A DNA stretch of 64,000 bases from contig JAFGMG010000001.1 of assembly GCA_016927655.1 (NCBI GenBank), forward strand, positions 179,599 to 243,598. The letters run 5' to 3'. Under the pieces are notes generated by a model. That model was not told the DNA's origin, searched no databases, and saw only the letters and a program-made list of their open reading frames with translations. Both the position numbers and the translations under genes were made by a program. Shown here piece after piece: positions 1-10,159 of the stretch (position 1 is the first letter of the stretch; every line of letters begins with the position of its first letter). Source of the stretch: Candidatus Dojkabacteria bacterium (GTDB lineage Bacteria > Patescibacteriota > Dojkabacteria > B142 > JAFGMG01).

Positions 1-642
1 GTTAAAAAATTTCTCTTCTCCTCTACCGCGGCAGTTTACGGACACCCGGAAGAACTGCCAATACCAGAAACTGCGAAACTCAAGCCGATCAACCCATATG
101 GGGAATCAAAAGTGCGAGTTGAGAAACTGCTTGAAAAATATGCAGATTTTGGGAAATTGGATTCGATACGGCTTAGATATTTTAATCCGGCGGGCTCTCT
201 GAATGGGTTGATCGGCGAAAAACACGAACCCGAGACGCATCTAATCCCCCTGATCCTAAAAGCAGGGAAGGGCGAGCGTGACAAACTTTATATTTTTGGG
301 AATGATTATGAGACAAAGGACGGGACCCCAATTCGAGATTATATCCATATCATGGATCTTGTTGAAGCACACATTTTCGCTCTAAAGCACCTCGAGAAAA
401 TTTCCGGCACAGATGTATTTAACGTTGGGACTGGGACTGGCTATACTGTGAAAGAAGTCTTTGAAACAGTCAAGGAGGTTACCAGACTTGACGTGCCATA
501 CGAGATAGTCGAACGCCGCGAAGGTGACTCAAAAGAACTTGTTGCCGATCCTTCGAAAATAGAAGCTGTTCTTGGCTGGAAAGCCCAGTATAATTTACGC
601 GATATAATACAAAGTGCCTGGGAGTTTGAAAAAACGCAGTAG
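1..642 (+). CDS. galE: UDP-glucose 4-epimerase (5'-truncated by window edge)
   Basis: Frame is open from base 1 (VKKFLFSSTAAVYG...NPYGESK YxxxK motif), followed by LRYFNPAG, HLIP, DGTPIRDYIHIMDL, FNVGTG and RREGD, typical of GalE. Confidence 0.9.
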   Translation, partial: VKKFLFSSTAAVYGHPEELPIPETAKLKPINPYGESKVRVEKLLEKYADFGKLDSIRLRYFNPAGSLNGLIGEKHEPETHLIPLILKAGKGERDKLYIFGNDYETKDGTPIRDYIHIMDLVEAHIFALKHLEKISGTDVFNVGTGTGYTVKEVFETVKEVTRLDVPYEIVERREGDSKELVADPSKIEAVLGWKAQYNLRDIIQSAWEFEKTQ

Positions 643-674
643 TCTGCACAAAATTATTCTTTATAACAAATGGC

Positions 675-1226
675 ATGCAATTTGAAAAATTCGGTATTGA
701 AGGACTAGTGCTTATCAAGCCTGCAGTTTTTGAGGATGCAAGAGGATTTTTTTTGGAGACATACAGCAAGAAAAGATTTAAAGAAGAAGGCGGAATTGAT
801 TCTGAATTCGTACAGGACAACCATTCCAGATCAAGCAAAGGTGTCCTAAGAGGACTACATTTTCAATCACCGCCATTTGCACAAGATAAACTGCTCAGAG
901 TAGTCAGCGGAGAAGTTCTAGATGTCGCAGTTGATATAAGGAAAAACTCTCCTACTTATGGGAAATGGCATAGCGTTGTTTTAAGTGAGAAGAACAAAAA
1001 TATTTTCTTTGTTCCACAGGGTTTTGCACATGGGTTTCTTGTACTGAGTGAAACTTGCGATTTTGAATACAAAGTAAGTAATTATTATTCCAAAGAAAGT
1101 GAGGGCGGAGTTATGTGGAACGATCCTGATTTGGCTGTTGAGTGGGGGATTAATGATCCAATTGTTTCCGAGAAAGATTCGCAAAATCTGTCTTTCAAAG
1201 AATTTGATTCACCTTTTACCCGATAG
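675..1226 (+). CDS. rmlC: dTDP-4-dehydrorhamnose 3,5-epimerase
   Basis: DARGFFLE, FVQDNHSRS, GVLRGLHFQ, GFAHGF motifs. Confidence 0.95.
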   Translation: MQFEKFGIEGLVLIKPAVFEDARGFFLETYSKKRFKEEGGIDSEFVQDNHSRSSKGVLRGLHFQSPPFAQDKLLRVVSGEVLDVAVDIRKNSPTYGKWHSVVLSEKNKNIFFVPQGFAHGFLVLSETCDFEYKVSNYYSKESEGGVMWNDPDLAVEWGINDPIVSEKDSQNLSFKEFDSPFTR

Positions 1227-1228
1227 AA

Positions 1229-1774
1229 ATGCACAAGAACTGGAAAACACTTTCTTCTGATGTAAAGTACAAGAACCCATGGATTGAGGTTGTAGAGGAT
1301 AGAGTTGTTATGCCAAATGGGAAAGAGGGAATTTATGGGTATCTTAAGAAGTCGCCTGGAGTATTTGTGGTTGCGAAAGACACCGACGGGGGAATTTATT
1401 TGGTAAAACAATATAGATACGTACTTAAGAAGGAAATATATGAACTTCCTGCAGGAACCATGACAGAAAATGACGACATCCTGAAAGTTGCAAAGAAAGA
1501 ATTGCTTGAAGAAACAGGGATAACTGCTCAAAACTTCCAAAATATCGGGTATTACTACGCTGCGACAGGTCACGAGACAACAAAAGCCTATACCGTCATT
1601 GCAACGGATTTAGACAATACAAAGACAACTACAAAAAATCAAGAAGGGGATGAGTTGATAAACTTAGTAAAAAAAGTCAGCCCTAAAGAACTCCACCAGA
1701 TGATAAAAAACAATGAGATCACCTGTGGTCTAACCCTTGCAGCTCTGAATCAATATTTTAGCTATAAATCATGA
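1229..1774 (+). CDS. Nudix hydrolase (ADP-ribose/NDP-sugar pyrophosphatase-like)
   Basis: LVKQYRY, ELPAG and Nudix box GTMTENDDILKVAKKELLEETGI. Confidence 0.85.
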   Translation: MHKNWKTLSSDVKYKNPWIEVVEDRVVMPNGKEGIYGYLKKSPGVFVVAKDTDGGIYLVKQYRYVLKKEIYELPAGTMTENDDILKVAKKELLEETGITAQNFQNIGYYYAATGHETTKAYTVIATDLDNTKTTTKNQEGDELINLVKKVSPKELHQMIKNNEITCGLTLAALNQYFSYKS

Positions 1775-2328
1775 GGCAAAAACGGGGATGGAAAATTAAA
1801 TCTTCAAAAGAAATTTACAAAAACCCTTGGATTGAAATCATTGAAGACCAGGTTATCAGGCCCGATGGAGAAGATGGAATCTATGGTTATATAAAGAACC
1901 ATAGTGCCGTTATGATCGTTCCAGAAGATGATGATGGCAATATCGTGCTTGTAAACCAGTATCGCTACCCTTCTGATCAAGACTATTGGGAACTTCCTGC
2001 GGGAGGAACAGATCATACAGAGAATTTCAAAGAAATGGCAGAACAGGAGCTTTACGAAGAAACTGGAATTAAGGCGAAAGAAATGATTTTATTGGGAGAA
2101 TATATCGAATTTGCTCTTTGCATGACAAACAAAAATTATGCATATTTAGCTAAAGGATTTGACAGTAGTTTTCTGAAGGACAACAGTGAAGGTGATGAAA
2201 TAATTAATAAAATTAAGGCATTTTCGCAAAAAGAAATTAAAGCGATGATCGCAGATAATATCATTCAAAATTCTCCTAGTCTTGCTGTTCTAAATATGTA
2301 TTTTAATAGAAAAAACAATGAGAAATAA
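1771..2328 (+). CDS. Nudix hydrolase, tandem paralogue of preceding gene
   Basis: LVNQYRYP, WELPAGG...AEQELYEETGI; shares YKNPWIE and GIYGY with upstream gene; ATGA start/stop overlap. Confidence 0.85.
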   Translation: MRQKRGWKIKSSKEIYKNPWIEIIEDQVIRPDGEDGIYGYIKNHSAVMIVPEDDDGNIVLVNQYRYPSDQDYWELPAGGTDHTENFKEMAEQELYEETGIKAKEMILLGEYIEFALCMTNKNYAYLAKGFDSSFLKDNSEGDEIINKIKAFSQKEIKAMIADNIIQNSPSLAVLNMYFNRKNNEK

Positions 2329-3202
2329 AAAACCAGCTGCACTAATCATCGGTTCACATGGAATGCTTGGGAGCGAGCTTGTGAGACAAGCCGAAAAATA
2401 TACAAACTGGGAAGTAGTTACCTCAGATGTGAGTGATGAGGGTGGAATAGACATAACAAACGAGGAATCTGTAAAAGGATGGTTCGAGAAAGTCCAACCA
2501 GATATTGTCATCAATTGTGCTGCATACACAAACGTCGATGGGTGTGAGACTAAAGAGGGATTTGAATTAGCAAAAAAAGTAAATGGATACGGCCCCGGCA
2601 TTCTTTCCAGATTTTCAGCAGAAAACAATGCTCTTTTCATTCACATCAGCACAGATTATGTTTTCGGCGATGATCTGGAAACTGGCTACACAGAAGACTA
2701 TGACAAATTCAAACCAGTTAATAAATACGGAGAATCAAAACTGTTAGGCGAGAAAGAAGTCCGGAAAGAGATGGATTCTAATCCAGATGCATATTTATAC
2801 ATTGTTAGAACAAGCTGGCTATTTGGGGAAGGGGCAAAAAATTTCATTGCAAAGATTATAGAATTGAGTGAAAAAATGGATACTTTGAAAGTTGTGACAG
2901 ATGAGGTAAGCTGCCCGACATATGTAAAGGATCTTGCTCAGCGATTGATCTATATTGCCGAAAAGAAACCTGAGCCGGGGATTTATCACGCAGCAGGGCG
3001 CGGCGCAGCAAGCAGATATGATTTTGCAAGGCAGATAATCAAAGCTTTGGGGAAGAAGAATCGAATTGAGCCGACTACCCTTGCAGAATTTGGTAGAACT
3101 ACCGGGATTGCTCACTACTCTGTCCTTCTCAATACGAAACTCCCAGTAATGAGAAAGTGGGAGGAGATGGTCAAGGATTATCTGATGGTTCAGGATCAAT
3201 AA
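2318..3202 (+). CDS. rmlD: dTDP-4-dehydrorhamnose reductase
   Basis: GSHGMLG, INCAAYTNVDGCE, HISTDYVF, YGESKL, RTSWLFG motifs. Confidence 0.93.
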   Translation: MRNKKPAALIIGSHGMLGSELVRQAEKYTNWEVVTSDVSDEGGIDITNEESVKGWFEKVQPDIVINCAAYTNVDGCETKEGFELAKKVNGYGPGILSRFSAENNALFIHISTDYVFGDDLETGYTEDYDKFKPVNKYGESKLLGEKEVRKEMDSNPDAYLYIVRTSWLFGEGAKNFIAKIIELSEKMDTLKVVTDEVSCPTYVKDLAQRLIYIAEKKPEPGIYHAAGRGAASRYDFARQIIKALGKKNRIEPTTLAEFGRTTGIAHYSVLLNTKLPVMRKWEEMVKDYLMVQDQ

Positions 3203-3212
3203 TTTTATAAAA

Positions 3213-3749
3213 TCAATCTAGCCCGAGATCAAAGCCGATTGGAGTCTCCGGCTTTTCCTCCTGAATTATCAATTCTTGCAAAGTCTTATGTATTAGGGAT
3301 AATTTTGAGTCTGTCTTATCTTCCAGCTTATTCATTCTATTCTCAATTTCCATTAGTTTCTCAATAACTTTTTTATTTGATCTGATTATATAATTCACAT
3401 AAACAAACGCCCTCATAATTGAAATATTTACTTTAACAGCCTCTTTACTTCTTAGAACACCGGATAGCATTGCGACTCCCTGTTCGGTGAAAGCTCTTGG
3501 CAAACTCCTCCTTCTACCTCCCCAGGAGCTTGAAGTGCCAAAATGGTACTTCAAGTTCTCGAATTCTCTATCATTGAGCCTAAACATGAAATCCTCTGGA
3601 AATCTTTCGATATTTCGGCTAACAGCCCTGTTGAGCTGCTTTGTTTCGACGACATACAAATCCGCCAAATCACTATCGATTAGGACCTTTCTACCTCTTA
3701 TCGTAAATATCATTTTCAAGATTTCGGTTTTTTTAAATATTGGATTCAT
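3213..3749 (-). CDS. ORF6N-domain putative DNA-binding protein
   Basis: IRGRKVLIDSDLADLY, LNRAVSRNIERFPEDFMFRL, AFTEQGVAMLSGVLRS, C-terminal coiled coil and PIGF tail. Confidence 0.85.
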   Translation of the reverse strand: MNPIFKKTEILKMIFTIRGRKVLIDSDLADLYVVETKQLNRAVSRNIERFPEDFMFRLNDREFENLKYHFGTSSSWGGRRRSLPRAFTEQGVAMLSGVLRSKEAVKVNISIMRAFVYVNYIIRSNKKVIEKLMEIENRMNKLEDKTDSKLSLIHKTLQELIIQEEKPETPIGFDLGLD

Positions 3750-3860
3750 GTTCTTTAAGTAATCATCGTGCTATCCTATCAAACAAATATTGCAGGAATC
3801 TTATGCTTTTATGGAAAAATTATGGAAAATGTTAAAATATTATTATATTAAAATAATTCT

Positions 3861-4886
3861 ATGTCACGAAACATATTAGTCACAGGGGGCGCTGGATTTA
3901 TCGGCTCGAACTTCATTCACTACTGGATGCAGAAATATCCGGAGGATAAAATTGTTAACTATGACAAACTAACCTATGCAGGGAATCTTGATTCTCTCAA
4001 AGATTTATCAGACAAACCAAATTATGTCTTTGTACAAGGCGATATAGTTGATTATGATTTGGTTGAAAAAACCGTTAAAGAGCACTCGATCAATCTCATA
4101 GTTCATTTCGCTGCTGAAACTCATGTTGACAGGAGTATTGAAGGCCCTGCAGTTTTTGTCGAAACAAATGTAATCGGAACACAAGTGCTACTTGATGTCG
4201 CAAGAAATAATGGGAATATCAGATTTCATAATATTTCGACGGATGAAGTTTTTGGAAGCCTTGAATTAGATTCAGAAGAAAAATTTACTGAAAATACTCC
4301 GTACGATCCGAGAAGTCCTTATTCTGCTTCGAAAGCAGGCTCAGATCATCTAGCTCGAGCTTATCATGAGACATACGGTCTGCCAGTAACGATCTCAAAT
4401 TGTTCTAATAACTTTGGACCATTTGAACATGTTGAGAAACTTATTCCACTAGTTATTACTCGTGCGCTGAGTGATGAAAAAATTCCTGTATATGGTGACG
4501 GGATGAATGTCAGAGACTGGATTCATGTAAATGATCACAACTATGGAGTTGATTTGATCATTGAAAAAGGAGAAATTGGACAGACTTATCTACTAGGCGC
4601 AAACGGAGAGAGACACAATATCGATTTGATCAAAGAACTGCTGTCTATTCTTGGCAAATCAGAGGATTTGATAGTTCATGTGGGGGATAGAAAAGGACAT
4701 GATCGAAGGTATGCGATTGATTTCTCAAAGCTGAAAAATGATCTTGGATACGAGCCGCAAAAGCCAGCCAGCGAATGGTTGCAATTAACAGCAGATTGGT
4801 ACAAAGAAAATGAATGGTGGTGGAGACCAAATAAAGCAGAAGCGGATAAGATTGCCGAAAAATATTTGACGAATCCTCTAGACTAA
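3861..4886 (+). CDS. rmlB: dTDP-glucose 4,6-dehydratase
   Basis: [55 protein letters not shown]. Confidence 0.96.
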   Translation: MSRNILVTGGAGFIGSNFIHYWMQKYPEDKIVNYDKLTYAGNLDSLKDLSDKPNYVFVQGDIVDYDLVEKTVKEHSINLIVHFAAETHVDRSIEGPAVFVETNVIGTQVLLDVARNNGNIRFHNISTDEVFGSLELDSEEKFTENTPYDPRSPYSASKAGSDHLARAYHETYGLPVTISNCSNNFGPFEHVEKLIPLVITRALSDEKIPVYGDGMNVRDWIHVNDHNYGVDLIIEKGEIGQTYLLGANGERHNIDLIKELLSILGKSEDLIVHVGDRKGHDRRYAIDFSKLKNDLGYEPQKPASEWLQLTADWYKENEWWWRPNKAEADKIAEKYLTNPLD

Positions 4887-4965
4887 ATTAAAGAGCAATA
4901 CAAAGATGTTTGATTGGAATTTAATCCCCCCTTTTGCTATTATCTGTCCATGTTACATTGAAATC

Positions 4966-5823
4966 ATGAAAGGAATAATTCTTGCTGGAGGCACAGGCTC
5001 CAGACTCTATCCAATCACTCGCGGAATCAGTAAGCAGCTGATGCCGATCTACGATAAACCGATGATTTACTACCCTCTTTCCACAATGATGACGGCAGGA
5101 ATCAATGAAGTCTTGATCATAACAACACCAATCGACCAGGAAAGATTTAAAAATCTCCTTGGAGATGGCTCACAATACGGCTGCAAATTTGAATACATGA
5201 TCCAAGAAACTCCAAGAGGTCTTGCGGATGCCTTTATTGTAGGCGAAGAATTCATAGGCCAAGACAAAGTCATGCTTATTCTAGGAGACAATATCTTTTT
5301 CTGGTTTGGGATGGAAGAACTCCTCAAATCACACACCGATCCAGATGGAGGAGTAGTCTTCGCTTATCAAGTTTCAGATCCAAAGAGATATGGAATAGTT
5401 GAGTTTGATGAAAACATGAAGGCAGTTTCAATCGAGGAAAAACCTGAGAAGCCAAAATCAAAGTACGCCGTACCAGGCTTATACATATACGACAATGAAG
5501 TTGTAGAAATTGCAAAGAACCTAAAACCAAGCCCGAGAGGAGAAATAGAAATTACGGATGTAAATGCAGAATATTTAAAAAGAGGAAAATTACACGTGGG
5601 AGTCCTCGGAAGAGGCACCGCATGGCTGGATACAGGGACTTTTAGATCAATGAATCAAGCTTCACAATTTGTTCAAGTGATCGAGGAAAGACAAGGTGTC
5701 AAAATCGGATGCATTGAAGAAGAGGCCTACAGGCAAGGATTTATTGATAAAAAGCAACTACAAGAACTAGCCGAGCCGCTTATGAAAAGCGGTTATGGTG
5801 AATATTTGATGGGATTAGAATAA
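4966..5823 (+). CDS. rmlA: glucose-1-phosphate thymidylyltransferase
   Basis: [43 protein letters not shown]; start reassigned to ATG 4966. Confidence 0.96.
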   Translation: MKGIILAGGTGSRLYPITRGISKQLMPIYDKPMIYYPLSTMMTAGINEVLIITTPIDQERFKNLLGDGSQYGCKFEYMIQETPRGLADAFIVGEEFIGQDKVMLILGDNIFFWFGMEELLKSHTDPDGGVVFAYQVSDPKRYGIVEFDENMKAVSIEEKPEKPKSKYAVPGLYIYDNEVVEIAKNLKPSPRGEIEITDVNAEYLKRGKLHVGVLGRGTAWLDTGTFRSMNQASQFVQVIEERQGVKIGCIEEEAYRQGFIDKKQLQELAEPLMKSGYGEYLMGLE

Positions 5824-5830
5824 GAAATTC

Positions 5831-7726
5831 TTAATCCCAATAATAATAGCTATAATAATTAGAGACTAACGAATCCCTTGTAACCAATCTTTCGTTCTCA
5901 GGATTTTGTGGATCAATTACCCATAAATCATCCTCCTTCGAAAAAAATAATAGCCCATCTCGCCAAAATGCATTATCAACCTTTCCGTTAGATGTTATCT
6001 TTGTTTCTTCTTTGTTACTTAAATCAACTACATATATATCTGATTTATTGTCTCTGTTACTGACAAATGACACGAACTCTGAGTTGTCCGAAAACCTTGG
6101 AGAATATTCATACGAGGCAGTATTAGTGATTTTTATAAGTTCACCTTTATTAAAAATACGTATAAATAAATCCGAACCCTGTGGGGTCCTTTCCCGGATC
6201 ATAGCCATCTTCCCATCTGAACTAAATTCTATTATCTCTCCATATTTGTTCTCTTCATTGTTTGGCTCATATATACGATCCTTATCCAAATTAGTCGTAT
6301 TCATTAAATAAAGTCCATTCCTGCTACTATCTGGATAGTATCCCTGAAACAGCACATATTTGCCATCATCAGATATACTGTAGAAATAAGTGGATTCATT
6401 TTCTGATGTATGGGCTAACTGCTTATTACCCGTCCCATCAATGTTTCCAAACCACATTTGATAGGTGTCTGGATAATCAGGGTGCTCCTTTACAAATGCC
6501 CTCTTTCCTGCTCTCAAATTATATGCTCCAATATTGCCATCATTGTCATTGTATTCATTAGAAGAAATCTTTGTAATTTTCTTTGTCAAGACATCTACTT
6601 TGTAAACAAGATCAACAATATCACCGTCATCATCTTTTTTCCCGTCTCTATTTGATAGGAAATAGACCACATTGTTAGCCTCATCGAAGTATGGAGAATA
6701 ATTCCTGCCCGTGTTTCCAGTCAGCAGCTGTTCTTCAGAACCATCATAGTTTGCAATATATATCTGCTCATTCCCAGTTCTATTTGAAGTGTAAACTAAT
6801 TTGCCTTCACGAACCATCTGCAAATCTTCTTGAAAATTTTTACCCTGTTCTACACTCCCCACTTCAATATTCTTTGTTATGTACCCATCCTTCACAACTT
6901 GCAATGAGGCCCTGTCTTTTAGTTCTAGATCTTTAATATAACATTCAGCTTGCCTTTGTTCATAGTTAATTGTTTCTATCTCTTCTTCGTTAATTGTTCC
7001 AGAAATCTTGAGATCTTCGATAACAATTTGAGATAGCCAATCAGTACAGTCAAAGGTTATATCTCCAGCTACCTCGAGAGTTCTTGTCCCAAGATCAATC
7101 ACGAGCTGAGATACATCAACTTCAACTTCTATATCTTTATAATTGGGGGATTGAATCTTCACCCTTTCCGTTGTAATTTCAACATTTTTCACCTCAAAAC
7201 TACCGTCATCCCCAACTATAATTGGTTCAGAATTTTCCCCAAGATTGAGGATTAAGTCATCCTCAACTACCTTGCCCTTGTTTTTCTCAAGATTCAATAC
7301 ACCTATAAAATCCCTGCGACCAGCAATCTGCATTTCAAACTCCTTGAAATTTGCACCTCTTTTGAGATTTACAATCATGGTTGCTGTTTCGTAGCCTTGC
7401 TGTGAGATTTCAATTGTATTTTTACCATAAGTCAAATTCGCCAGAGAAAACTCACCATTAGAATCTGTATTTGTGCATTTATTTCCTATACAGACTCTTG
7501 CTTCCTCTATCGAAATATTTTCATAGTCATATACTTGACCATCTAAAGATGAAGGGAAAATAATTGAATCGAGTTTGAAGATTAAAATAACCGGTATGGC
7601 TATAGAACATAGCAATCCAAGCACAAAGACACTCCATATAGCTATTCTGGTTGTTTTTCCTAACTCTTTGTACTTTTTAACAACCCTTTTAGAGAATGTC
7701 ACTTTTTTATTATCTTTTGCCATCAT
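5831..7726 (-). CDS. membrane-anchored surface protein: N-terminal TM, carboxypeptidase-regulatory-like beta-sandwich domains, C-terminal TolB/PD40-like beta-propeller
   Basis: Basic N-terminus plus hydrophobic helix; TNTDSNGEFSLANL motif; YTSNRTGNEQIYIANYDGS and FVSNRDNKSDIYVVDL repeats. Confidence 0.7.
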   Translation of the reverse strand: MMAKDNKKVTFSKRVVKKYKELGKTTRIAIWSVFVLGLLCSIAIPVILIFKLDSIIFPSSLDGQVYDYENISIEEARVCIGNKCTNTDSNGEFSLANLTYGKNTIEISQQGYETATMIVNLKRGANFKEFEMQIAGRRDFIGVLNLEKNKGKVVEDDLILNLGENSEPIIVGDDGSFEVKNVEITTERVKIQSPNYKDIEVEVDVSQLVIDLGTRTLEVAGDITFDCTDWLSQIVIEDLKISGTINEEEIETINYEQRQAECYIKDLELKDRASLQVVKDGYITKNIEVGSVEQGKNFQEDLQMVREGKLVYTSNRTGNEQIYIANYDGSEEQLLTGNTGRNYSPYFDEANNVVYFLSNRDGKKDDDGDIVDLVYKVDVLTKKITKISSNEYNDNDGNIGAYNLRAGKRAFVKEHPDYPDTYQMWFGNIDGTGNKQLAHTSENESTYFYSISDDGKYVLFQGYYPDSSRNGLYLMNTTNLDKDRIYEPNNEENKYGEIIEFSSDGKMAMIRERTPQGSDLFIRIFNKGELIKITNTASYEYSPRFSDNSEFVSFVSNRDNKSDIYVVDLSNKEETKITSNGKVDNAFWRDGLLFFSKEDDLWVIDPQNPENERLVTRDSLVSNYYSYYYWD

Positions 7727-7863
7727 ATTGTTATTTAATACATATGAAGAGATTATACAATTTTTACAAGAAAAAACATTGTATCGGAATACAAATTTAG
7801 GAAAACTCCCACTTAGTCGAGAAATAATGTAAAATCATCTCGTTTACCGGATTCCACAGCATT

Positions 7864-9144
7864 ATGAAAAAACAAAAAGTTGCAGTAATTGGTTTGGGAT
7901 ATGTCGGTCTGCCGCTTGCAATAGCAATCCAGAAAAGTAAAAAATACAAATTAATCGGATTTGACATAGATCAAAGCAAAATTGACCAGCTGAATGCCGG
8001 AGTTTGTTATCTGGAAGATGATTTCATTAAAGAAGAATTTAGGAAACACCCTGTTAATGTCGGGACAGATGTTAACGAACTCACAGACACAGACATTTTC
8101 ATAATCGCGGTCCCTACTCCAGTTACAGATGATTATGTCCCTGACTATACCCCGGTTATCAAAGCCAGCGAAACTGCAGCACAGTTCCTTAAGAAAGGAG
8201 CAACTGTCGTTCTTGAATCAACCGTCAATCCAGGGACTTGCGAAGAAATTGTTCTGCCGATCCTGGAGAAAATCAGCAAATTAAAAGGCAAAAGAGACTT
8301 CAACCTTACTCATTGCCCGGAAAGAATAAACCCCGGAGATCCGAAATGGAATGTGTACAATATCCCAAGAAATGTCGGATCTTTGGATCTGAAAAGAAAT
8401 AAAGAAATAGCAGACTTCTACAGATCGATAATCGATGCTGAAATCAACGAAGTTTCAAGCCTCAAAATCGCAGAATCGACCAAAATAATCGAGAATACCT
8501 TCCGAGATATAAATATCGCATATGTCAATGAACTGGCAAAATCATTTGACGCTATGGGTATCGATCTGATTGAGACGATCAAAGCTGCATCAAATAAACC
8601 CTTTGGCTATATGCCGCATTGGCCGGGAGCCGGAGTCGGGGGGCATTGCATTGCTGTGGACCCATACTATTTGATCCAAAGAGCTGCAAAATCAAATTTC
8701 AATCACAAGTTTTTGAAAATGGCACGCTCGATCAACAATTCTATGCCTCGTTATGCAATTCAAAGACTTGAAGAAGCTCTAAAAGAGGCAAAACTATCAA
8801 GAAACAAGGCGACGATTGCTATGCTTGGAATCAGTTATAAAGCAGACGTTGCAGATCTTCGCGAATCGCCGAGTCTGGAGATTAAAAGCCTCATGAAAAA
8901 AGAAGGCATAAAGACAATTATTTACGACCCGTATTTCCTGGAGCAATCGGACTTTAAAACTCTCGCAGAAACGCTGGCTGCATCTGATGGTGTATTACTT
9001 GCAACGGCACACAAGGAATTTTTATCTCTTGACGGCCAGAAACTGAAAAATACAAAACAAAAATTTGTCATTGACGGCAGAAACGCACTCGATAAAGCTG
9101 ATATAATTGACTCTAATATTATTTATAAAGGGATTGGCCGATGA
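7864..9144 (+). CDS. UDP-N-acetylhexosamine 6-dehydrogenase (WecC/WbpA/TviB family)
   Basis: GLGYVGLPLA, VPTP, LESTVNPG, CPERINPG, ENTFRDINIA, GVGGHCIAVDP, DLRESP. Confidence 0.9.
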   Translation: MKKQKVAVIGLGYVGLPLAIAIQKSKKYKLIGFDIDQSKIDQLNAGVCYLEDDFIKEEFRKHPVNVGTDVNELTDTDIFIIAVPTPVTDDYVPDYTPVIKASETAAQFLKKGATVVLESTVNPGTCEEIVLPILEKISKLKGKRDFNLTHCPERINPGDPKWNVYNIPRNVGSLDLKRNKEIADFYRSIIDAEINEVSSLKIAESTKIIENTFRDINIAYVNELAKSFDAMGIDLIETIKAASNKPFGYMPHWPGAGVGGHCIAVDPYYLIQRAAKSNFNHKFLKMARSINNSMPRYAIQRLEEALKEAKLSRNKATIAMLGISYKADVADLRESPSLEIKSLMKKEGIKTIIYDPYFLEQSDFKTLAETLAASDGVLLATAHKEFLSLDGQKLKNTKQKFVIDGRNALDKADIIDSNIIYKGIGR

Positions 9145-10088
9145 AACTAATAATTCTAATACCGGCTCTAAACGAAGCCGAATCAATTGCAAAGACAATC
9201 AAAAGCATCCCGCAAAAAATTACTGGAGTTGATGAAATCGTTTCTTTGGTAATCAACGATGGATCTGCCGACGCTACTGCGGAAATTGCAAAAAAAAATG
9301 GCGCACAGGTTTTCTCACACATAAAAAACAAAGGTGTCGGGGCAGCATTTCACTCAGGAATTGAATGGGCGCTTGAAAACCATGCTGATATGCTTGTAAG
9401 TATTGACGCTGATGGGCAGTTCGACCCAAAAGACATTGAAAAAATAATCGCCCCGATCCTTGAAAACCAAGCAGATATGGTCGTTGGCAATAGGTTTGCG
9501 AAAGGCAAACCTGAGAATATGTCCGGACTTAAATACTGGGGGAATAAAAAAATGAACAGGCTAGTTAGTAGTCTTGCAGGTGAAAAATTTGAAGATGTCT
9601 CTTCAGGATTTAGAGCGTACAATCAGAAAGCACTGCTAAACATCAACCTTCTTGGCAAATTTACTTACACACAGGAAGTTTTTCTCGATTTATCGATGAA
9701 AGGCTTGAATATTGTTCAGATTCCAGTTGATGTCAAATACTTCAAAGAAAGAAAATCCCGCGTAGCGGGCAATATTGTGAAATATGCATTTCGCACTTCA
9801 TGGATAATTTTTAGAACGATTCGTGATTACAAACCATTGAAGTTTTTTGGATTGCTGGGACTTGGGATTTTTGTATTTGGATTGTTTTTTGATGGATTTC
9901 TGCTTGGACATTATATTCTTGCTGCTAAATTCTCCCCTTATATCTCGATTGGCTTCATTGGGGCATATCTAAACTCAATTGGCTTGGGGATCATGTTTCT
10001 GGGGCTGATTGCCGATATGTTTGACAGGGTCAGGCAAAATCAGGAGAAGATTTTGTATTATTTGAAGGCGGGATCGTATAGAGAATAG
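9141..10088 (+). CDS. GT2 polyprenyl-phosphate glycosyltransferase (DPM-synthase-like) with two C-terminal TM helices
   Basis: IPALNE, INDGS, NKGVG, IDADGQF, DVSSGFRAY; two C-terminal hydrophobic segments. Confidence 0.85.
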   Translation: MKLIILIPALNEAESIAKTIKSIPQKITGVDEIVSLVINDGSADATAEIAKKNGAQVFSHIKNKGVGAAFHSGIEWALENHADMLVSIDADGQFDPKDIEKIIAPILENQADMVVGNRFAKGKPENMSGLKYWGNKKMNRLVSSLAGEKFEDVSSGFRAYNQKALLNINLLGKFTYTQEVFLDLSMKGLNIVQIPVDVKYFKERKSRVAGNIVKYAFRTSWIIFRTIRDYKPLKFFGLLGLGIFVFGLFFDGFLLGHYILAAKFSPYISIGFIGAYLNSIGLGIMFLGLIADMFDRVRQNQEKILYYLKAGSYRE

Positions 10089-10159
10089 CCGGCCTTAATA
10101 TTTGTTCACCGCCCTTGAATTCTGCTACAATGGGACTGTAACTATTTACTGCTTCTACT

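Noticed and set aside
9290..9298. A/T homopolymer runs (8-9 nt) in GT genes as phase-variation tracts
   Set aside because: Expected in AT-rich, Lys-rich coding sequence; frames are intact and no long poly-G/C tracts were seen.
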